In this document: positions 58,400-64,000 of the stretch, piece by piece | Numbering within the stretch: the first letter of the stretch is position 1 | Layout of the letters: each line of letters starts with the position of its first letter | Assembly (NCBI GenBank): GCA_031553535.1 | Contig: JAVBLM010000019.1 | Coordinates: 249,528-313,527 of the forward strand | DNA length: 64,000 nucleotides | Source: Bacteroidales bacterium | GTDB taxonomy: Bacteria; Bacteroidota; Bacteroidia; Bacteroidales; WCHB1-69 | Reading direction: 5' to 3' | Program-made: the position numbers and the translations under genes | The notes under the pieces: model-generated | Databases searched by the model: none | What the model was told of the DNA's origin: nothing | Seen by the model: only the letters and a program-made list of their open reading frames with translations

Positions 58400-59490
58400 A
58401 AATAATATTATTTACCGTTATCATTTCCTGTATCAGCTTGACCTCTTGCCTGAAAGAAAACGATTTGAAATTGCCGTTTAAAACGTTTGTTCCTGCAAAC
58501 CTGGATGACGGTTGGGAATTATCAACACCTGCGCAAGAGGGTATCAATGAAAGTGAACTGCAAAATATATACAATTATTATCACGAAAGCGACAATTTAT
58601 GGCAAGTCAGAAGTTTGCTTGTATTTCGCAATAACAAACTGATTGCCGAAAGTTATACAAAAAATCCGAATGAAATAACCCAACCTGTTGCCATTTGGTC
58701 GTGTACCAAGCAAGTAATGGGAATCCTCACAGGAATTGCTATCGAACGAGGAATTATTGATGATATTCACGATAATATCCAAAAATATTTGCCCGAAGAA
58801 ATCAGCCGTCATGCTGATAAAGGTGCGATTACTATGAAAAATCTGTTGCAAATGCAATCGGGCATCGCGTTCAGTAACGATGGCTTTAATGGCGAATCCA
58901 ATCAACTATTAAAAGAAATACCTTCTAACAGTCTTGATTTTGTTTTGGAATTGTCTACTTTTTGCAACCAAGGCGAACAGTTTCATTATAACGACGGCGA
59001 TCCGCATATCATTTCTGCCGTTCTGCAACAACAAACAGGAAAAACAACAAAAGACTGGGCAAAGGAAGTTTTGTTTTCAAAGTTAGATATGAAAAACTAT
59101 GATTGGGCAGTATACAAAGACGGCATCACAATGGGTGCTTTTGGAATAATGGCAACACCACGGGAAATGGCTCGAATCGGGCATTTGGTGTTGAATAAAG
59201 GAAATTGGAACGGACAGCAAATCGTAAGTTCCGGGTGGATTGAAGAAATGACAACAACCAAAGTCCCGAAAGAAAAAGTGAATACTTACGGCACTTCTTT
59301 TGGCTACTTTTGGTGGGTTGACGAAGACAGGGATGTAATTTTTATGTGGGGTAAAGGCGGGCAATTTGTGTTTATCAAACCAAACAAAAATTTAATAATG
59401 GTAACAACTGCCGACCCAAACGATGGCCATGCATTTGAACTAAATAGTGCATTGGATATTTTTGACAGGATTGATAACATTACGAATTAA
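58381..59490 (+). CDS. serine hydrolase, beta-lactamase/transpeptidase-like family (lipoprotein)
   Basis: Lipobox ..ISLTSC, with SxxK motif WSCTKQVMG. It has a 19-nt overlap with the preceding gene. Confidence 0.75.
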   Translation: MEKNILKIILFTVIISCISLTSCLKENDLKLPFKTFVPANLDDGWELSTPAQEGINESELQNIYNYYHESDNLWQVRSLLVFRNNKLIAESYTKNPNEITQPVAIWSCTKQVMGILTGIAIERGIIDDIHDNIQKYLPEEISRHADKGAITMKNLLQMQSGIAFSNDGFNGESNQLLKEIPSNSLDFVLELSTFCNQGEQFHYNDGDPHIISAVLQQQTGKTTKDWAKEVLFSKLDMKNYDWAVYKDGITMGAFGIMATPREMARIGHLVLNKGNWNGQQIVSSGWIEEMTTTKVPKEKVNTYGTSFGYFWWVDEDRDVIFMWGKGGQFVFIKPNKNLIMVTTADPNDGHAFELNSALDIFDRIDNITN

Positions 59491-59639
59491 TAAGAAAACG
59501 GTTGCTAACTCACAGTCTGCTTTTAGGCGCCTGAAGTGCATAATTCAACTTTTACCACTCACGCCCCCATCCATCTCGGACAACAGCTCCGCACCGTAAT
59601 TCTACCCCAAAGTAACTGGGAGAACGTCGATATTATTTA

Positions 59640-62087
59640 TTAAATAAAAAGATTAATATTTGATTTGTCAGCCCAGCCGATATAGGTAGCAACACCACCT
59701 ACGGTTACTTCGTCCAAAAGTTCTTCAGGTTGAATTCCCATGGCATTCATCGACATTTCGCATGCAATAAATTCAACGCCTTGACCCAATGCCTGCTGAC
59801 GTAATTCTTCTACCGATTCAATTCCTTTTTTCTTCATGATATGTCTCATCATTTTGGCGCCTATTCCAAACATATTGAATTTCGATAATTTTAATTTCAA
59901 TGAACTGGATGGCAACATGATGGTAAACATTTTACCAAAGAAGTCCTTTTTTACTTTGGGCTTCTTTACCTTTTTAATTACATTTAATCCCCAGAAAGTA
60001 AAGAATAAAGTTACCTTTTCCCCGGTTGCAGCGGCCCCGTTTGCCAGAACAAACGTTGCGATCGCCCTATCCAAATTATCACTGAACACAATAATTGTTT
60101 TCCCTTTACCGGAAGAAGAAATTGCCATTTCATTGTCCGGTTTCTTTCCTGCTTTTTGAACTGTCGCAATATATTTTCCATTTTCAATGATATTGGATAA
60201 AAGAGGATTTCCCGTTGTACTTGTCCAAGCCTCCACATCCCGATGAAAAGCCGGATCGGTAGAAATGATTTCCAGTGCTTCACCTTCTTTTATTTGGTCA
60301 ATAGCTGATTTCAGTTTCAAAATAGGTCCGGGACATTGCAAACCGGAAGCATCGATTTTTTTCACTACTTCCCATGAAGTCGGGACACTATTGTTAATTA
60401 CTTTCTCAACATCTTGTTTGGAATTATTTTTATCTCCCTGCTTAATGGCCGGCGTTGTTGCCGATTGATATATTCTTTCTCCTCCTGTCAAATTATAGAC
60501 TTTTTTAAATCCGTTTTTCAATAAAATCTGTTGCGCCAGATATCCCCTGTGACCGGTCTTGCAATATACATATAGCGGTTTGTCTTTCAGAACTTCATCC
60601 ATCCGGCTTCGCAAGTCATCCAAAGGAATATTCATTGCCCCTATTATGGCGCCTAATTCAAATTCATCTTTTGTACGAACATCCAATATTTGGACTTTAT
60701 TCCTGTCAAGTGTATCTATTTCATGCCACTGGACAACCGGCATTTTCCCGGTAACCACATTTTTTGCTACATATCCTGCCATGGCAATCGGGTCTTTTAC
60801 CGAAGAAAACGGAGGTGCATATGCTTGTTCCGATTTTACCAGGTCATCAATGGCTCCTTTTCTTTTTATGATTAACGCAATTTGGTCTATGCGTTTATCT
60901 ACACCTTCAAACCCGACAATTTGTCCTCCATACAATCTTCCTTTCTCAATGTCAAAAATAAGCTTGATATATAATGGTGTTGCCGCCGGATAACAACCGG
61001 CATGAGAAAATTCCTGCACATAAATACTTTGGAAAGGAATACCTGACTCTGTCATTTTTTTCTCATTCAATCCTGTTGCAGCACCAACCATATCAAATAC
61101 TTTAGTAATACTTGTTCCAATAGAACCTTCATAAGTTGTTGTATTTCCAAATACCATGTTGTCGGCAGCTACAATAGCTTGCCGGCTCGCCGAATTCGCC
61201 ATGAAACTAAGCCAAGGCTTTCCGGTTAAAGGGTGAGGATATTCTACGGCATCGCCTATGGCATAAATATCCTTTACAGAAGTCTGCATATAAGAATCAA
61301 CCCGGATTCCACCAATTTCTCCAAGCTCAATACCGGCTTGCTCTGCCAATTTTGTATCCGGTTCAACACCCACAGTCAACAATATCATATCCGTAGTCAA
61401 TTCTTTCCCTCCTTCTAATTGTATTTTCAACCTGTTCTGCTCTCGGGAAAATGCAAGGACTTCATTATCTAAGAAAAGATCGACTCCTTTTTCTAACAAA
61501 TGCGCATGGAGTATAGAACCCATCGAATAGTCCAAAGCATGATGAGCCTGTTTGCTCTTTTCGATGATAGAGACATGAATCCCAAGATTATGGAAACTTT
61601 CTGTCATTTCTATTCCTACAAAACCGGCGCCTACGATTACGGCATTTTTTACCTGTTTTGTCTGAATATAATTTTTAATAGCATCACTATCCTTTACATT
61701 TTGTAATGTGAAAATAGCCGGAAAATCAACTCCTTCAATAGAAGGAACTATCGGCGTTGCTTCAGTAGCAATCAACAATTTATCGTACGATTCCGTATAA
61801 ATATCTCCTTTATCATTTTTAACCGTGATTACCTTTTTCTGAGGATCTACTTTAATAACTTCACTTTTTGTTCTTATATCTATATTATAACGATTACTAA
61901 ACCAATCATATGGCTCAAGCAATAATTCATCTTTATCTTGAATTATACCGCCGATGTAATAAGGCAACCCACAATTGCCATAAGCGATATATTCATTCTT
62001 TTCCAATAGCATAATTTCTGCTGTTTCATCATTTCTCCGAATACGTGCAGCAGTAGCAATTCCTCTCCCTATAATAACATATTTCAT
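59640..62087 (-). CDS. CoA-disulfide reductase-like FAD oxidoreductase fused to rhodanese, TusA/SirA and DsrE/F-like domains
   Basis: YGNCGLPYYIGG redox Cys. Rhodanese VYCKTGHRG. TusA LQCPGPILKLK. C-terminal DsrE-like IIVFSDNLDRAIATFVLANGAAATG. The ATG at 62087 (MKYVIIG) is preferred. Confidence 0.8.
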   Translation of the reverse strand: MKYVIIGRGIATAARIRRNDETAEIMLLEKNEYIAYGNCGLPYYIGGIIQDKDELLLEPYDWFSNRYNIDIRTKSEVIKVDPQKKVITVKNDKGDIYTESYDKLLIATEATPIVPSIEGVDFPAIFTLQNVKDSDAIKNYIQTKQVKNAVIVGAGFVGIEMTESFHNLGIHVSIIEKSKQAHHALDYSMGSILHAHLLEKGVDLFLDNEVLAFSREQNRLKIQLEGGKELTTDMILLTVGVEPDTKLAEQAGIELGEIGGIRVDSYMQTSVKDIYAIGDAVEYPHPLTGKPWLSFMANSASRQAIVAADNMVFGNTTTYEGSIGTSITKVFDMVGAATGLNEKKMTESGIPFQSIYVQEFSHAGCYPAATPLYIKLIFDIEKGRLYGGQIVGFEGVDKRIDQIALIIKRKGAIDDLVKSEQAYAPPFSSVKDPIAMAGYVAKNVVTGKMPVVQWHEIDTLDRNKVQILDVRTKDEFELGAIIGAMNIPLDDLRSRMDEVLKDKPLYVYCKTGHRGYLAQQILLKNGFKKVYNLTGGERIYQSATTPAIKQGDKNNSKQDVEKVINNSVPTSWEVVKKIDASGLQCPGPILKLKSAIDQIKEGEALEIISTDPAFHRDVEAWTSTTGNPLLSNIIENGKYIATVQKAGKKPDNEMAISSSGKGKTIIVFSDNLDRAIATFVLANGAAATGEKVTLFFTFWGLNVIKKVKKPKVKKDFFGKMFTIMLPSSSLKLKLSKFNMFGIGAKMMRHIMKKKGIESVEELRQQALGQGVEFIACEMSMNAMGIQPEELLDEVTVGGVATYIGWADKSNINLFI

Positions 62088-62392
62088 ATTCTTATTTTTA
62101 TCTTTAAAAATAAATATCCACGAATCCAAAAAGAATAGACTCATTCATTATTTAGAAACAATTTTAAACTTTTTTTGTTTTTGGAATATTATTTTAATAA
62201 AAAGGAAGTAAAAGATCGCTAATCTGAATTTATAATCAATATTGAGATATTACGGATTATCTCACTTTGTTTGATGTCTCACTGTACTTTGTGCATGGGT
62301 AATTGGATCCTTCAAAATAAGGATATCATCTCCAAAAATTAATTTTAATACGTTTGTCCTTGCAGGAAAGATGGCAGCAAGAAAAAATTCTG

Positions 62393-62400
62393 TATCTTTG
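62393..62400 (+). promoter_or_regulatory. putative -7 promoter box (TAnnTTTG) embedded in a 9-bp inverted repeat
   Basis: TATCTTTG, 60 nt upstream of the ATG at 62460. CTGTATCTT-tgtaat-AAGATACAG spans 62390-62413. Confidence 0.45.
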
Positions 62401-62459
62401 TAATAAGATACAGTATAGAGTCATTCTCTATATTTTTTTGTTATTGAATATATTACAAA

Positions 62460-63482
62460 ATGAGAAGGTATATACTTTGGGGAATATTAATTTTAAATTT
62501 GATTTTTTTCGCATGTAATCGACAGAAATCAACCAAACCTGTGGTTAATAAATCCGAAGTCAAAGAGATACAAAAGTCCATAGACATTAAGATTAAACGG
62601 TATGAACAGGCATTAAACAATATTCCTAAAGACAGCCTGGAAGCAGGTCTGAAAGCATTACAATCCGATTATTACTTTTTTGTAGGAAACAATCCCGATG
62701 CTCCTGATAACGTTCAACAAATCAGGAACTATCTTAACGATAAAATAATTAAGCAATTATATACAGAAGTTCAAAAACAATATCCCGACTTATCTGATAT
62801 CGAAAAGGGATTCAATGACGCATTTTCACTTTTGAAGTATTATTTTCCGGATGCAACCATCCCTCAAATTTATACTGCTATTACAGGTTTATATTATGAA
62901 ATGCCCATTATGTTTTACGATTCTACCCTAGTAATTGCACTGGATATGTATCTGGGGAAAAAATATAAACTGTATAAACAATTAGGACCATCGGTTCCTC
63001 AATTTATTATTCAGCGATTTTCAAAAGAATATATTTTGCCGGATTGTTTTCAAGAGATCTCTTATAAATACATAAACCACAAAGACATACAGGGCACTCT
63101 ATTAGACGAAATGATATTGGAAGGAAAACGATTGCTGTTCGCCGAATCTGTTCTTCCCAACGCGCCTGATTCTATAATTTACCCATATCCACAAGAAAAG
63201 ATACAGTGGGCAATAAATAATGAAGCAAGTATTTGGGGATACCTTATTGAGAAAAACTATCTCTATTCAAAAGATAATACAGTGATTCGGAAATTAATAA
63301 ATGAAGCTCCTTTTACAAGTCTATTCGGGAATCAATCTCCGGGAAAAGTTGGGGTTTGGGTTGGCTGGCAAATATGCAGATCATGGATACAAAAAAATCC
63401 GGATCGGCCACTCAAAGATCTTATGAATGAATTGGATACCCAGAAAATATTAACAGAATCGAAATACAAACCTAAAAAATAA
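62460..63482 (+). CDS. gldB: gliding motility lipoprotein GldB
   Basis: Lipobox ..LIFFACN. SPGKVGVWVGWQICRSW and the C-terminal SKYKPKK match my recollection of GldB. Confidence 0.7.
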   Translation: MRRYILWGILILNLIFFACNRQKSTKPVVNKSEVKEIQKSIDIKIKRYEQALNNIPKDSLEAGLKALQSDYYFFVGNNPDAPDNVQQIRNYLNDKIIKQLYTEVQKQYPDLSDIEKGFNDAFSLLKYYFPDATIPQIYTAITGLYYEMPIMFYDSTLVIALDMYLGKKYKLYKQLGPSVPQFIIQRFSKEYILPDCFQEISYKYINHKDIQGTLLDEMILEGKRLLFAESVLPNAPDSIIYPYPQEKIQWAINNEASIWGYLIEKNYLYSKDNTVIRKLINEAPFTSLFGNQSPGKVGVWVGWQICRSWIQKNPDRPLKDLMNELDTQKILTESKYKPKK

Positions 63483-63491
63483 TTTCCCTGT

Positions 63492-64000
63492 ATGAGTATA
63501 TTACTTTTCCTTGATTTTTTAAAAGTAGATATTTTTGATATACTGGATATTATTTTAGTAACTCTTTTATTTTATCTTCTTTACCGTCTAATTCGAGGAA
63601 CAGCCGCATTAAATATTTTCTTTGGACTGCTTTTGTTTTATGTCTTATGGAAACTGGTAGTTCTTTTCCGAATGGAATTGCTATCGGAATTATTGGGCCA
63701 GTTTATCAGCGTTGGAATTATTGCCCTTATTATTGTGTTTCAACCTGAAATACGACAATTCCTGCTCTTTCTCGGGAGCAAGAATCCTCTTAAAAAGGCC
63801 AATTTTTTATTATGGAAAGAACGGACTAAACATCAAAACATGCCGGAAATTAACGTTATTGTTAAGGCATGTACCCGAATGTCGGCATCTCTGACAGGAG
63901 CTCTGATTATTCTTACTAGAGAAAATAACCTGGAAGAATATGTTCAAACAGGAGAAACCATAAATGCAAGAACTTCAAGGGAGTTAATCGAAACTATCTT
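63492..64000 (+). CDS. cdaA: diadenylate cyclase CdaA (DisA_N domain), N-terminal part; continues beyond the window end
   Basis: The ATG at 63492 is open to the edge. Three N-terminal TM helices are followed by FQPEIRQFL and LTGALIILTRE motifs. Not in the ORF track because there is no stop in the window. Confidence 0.8.
   Translation, partial: MSILLFLDFLKVDIFDILDIILVTLLFYLLYRLIRGTAALNIFFGLLLFYVLWKLVVLFRMELLSELLGQFISVGIIALIIVFQPEIRQFLLFLGSKNPLKKANFLLWKERTKHQNMPEINVIVKACTRMSASLTGALIILTRENNLEEYVQTGETINARTSRELIETI

Noticed and set aside
59491-59639. GC-richer 150-bp spacer between convergent genes, checked for tRNA, SRP, tmRNA or 6S features and for a gene relic (..AELLSEMDGG.. fragment)
   Set aside because: There are no conserved ncRNA motifs or convincing stems, the open frame is only 17 codons long, and no clear terminator is present. 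It is left unassigned.
1-64000. Window as a prophage, integrative element or defence island
   Set aside because: There are no integrase, transposase, phage structural, restriction-modification or multi-gene defence signatures. The gene content is dominated by conserved housekeeping operons.

Overview
Low-GC chromosomal segment from a member of the Bacteroidota, probably Bacteroidales. Supporting signs are a T9SS C-terminal sorting domain, GldB, an HC1/H1-like histone, and TAnnTTTG -7 boxes in front of many operons. There are about 55 protein genes, nearly all housekeeping or envelope related. They include a very AT-rich glycan-modification cluster (1-5767), pepT, prfB (programmed +1 frameshift), recX, a plsC/FabK-like pair, rmuC and a 965-aa secreted C10 protease. 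Also present are infC-rpmI-rplT, grpE-dnaJ, miaA, rlmN, lpxD, ackA, and an AraC-linked RND efflux operon followed by a MATE pump. The window ends with a four-domain CoA-disulfide-reductase/rhodanese/TusA/DsrE fusion, gldB and cdaA (truncated by the window end). I found no rRNA, tRNA, CRISPR array, integrase or transposase gene. Four things stand out. (1) Three diverged tandem arrays share an exact 42-bp register; each unit carries dyad-symmetric sites, 21 bp apart in the two better-preserved arrays (10581-10912, 23805-24172, 46591-46842). (2) Three MITE-like elements of 178-236 bp end in CAGAAGTTAC...GTAACTTCTG, have arms built of phased AAGTTAC sub-repeats, and are flanked by 7-bp direct repeats; one rewrote the 3' end of recX. 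(3) An orphan SIR2 (ThsA/DSR-type) gene sits directly behind the rplT terminator with no partner gene. (4) A divergent RelA/SpoT-type nucleotidyltransferase gene overlaps the MATE gene end and is broken by a frameshift at a T5 run. No single clearly novel multi-gene system is evident; these four are the best candidates. All family assignments come from motif recognition by eye, since no homology or HMM searches could be run.
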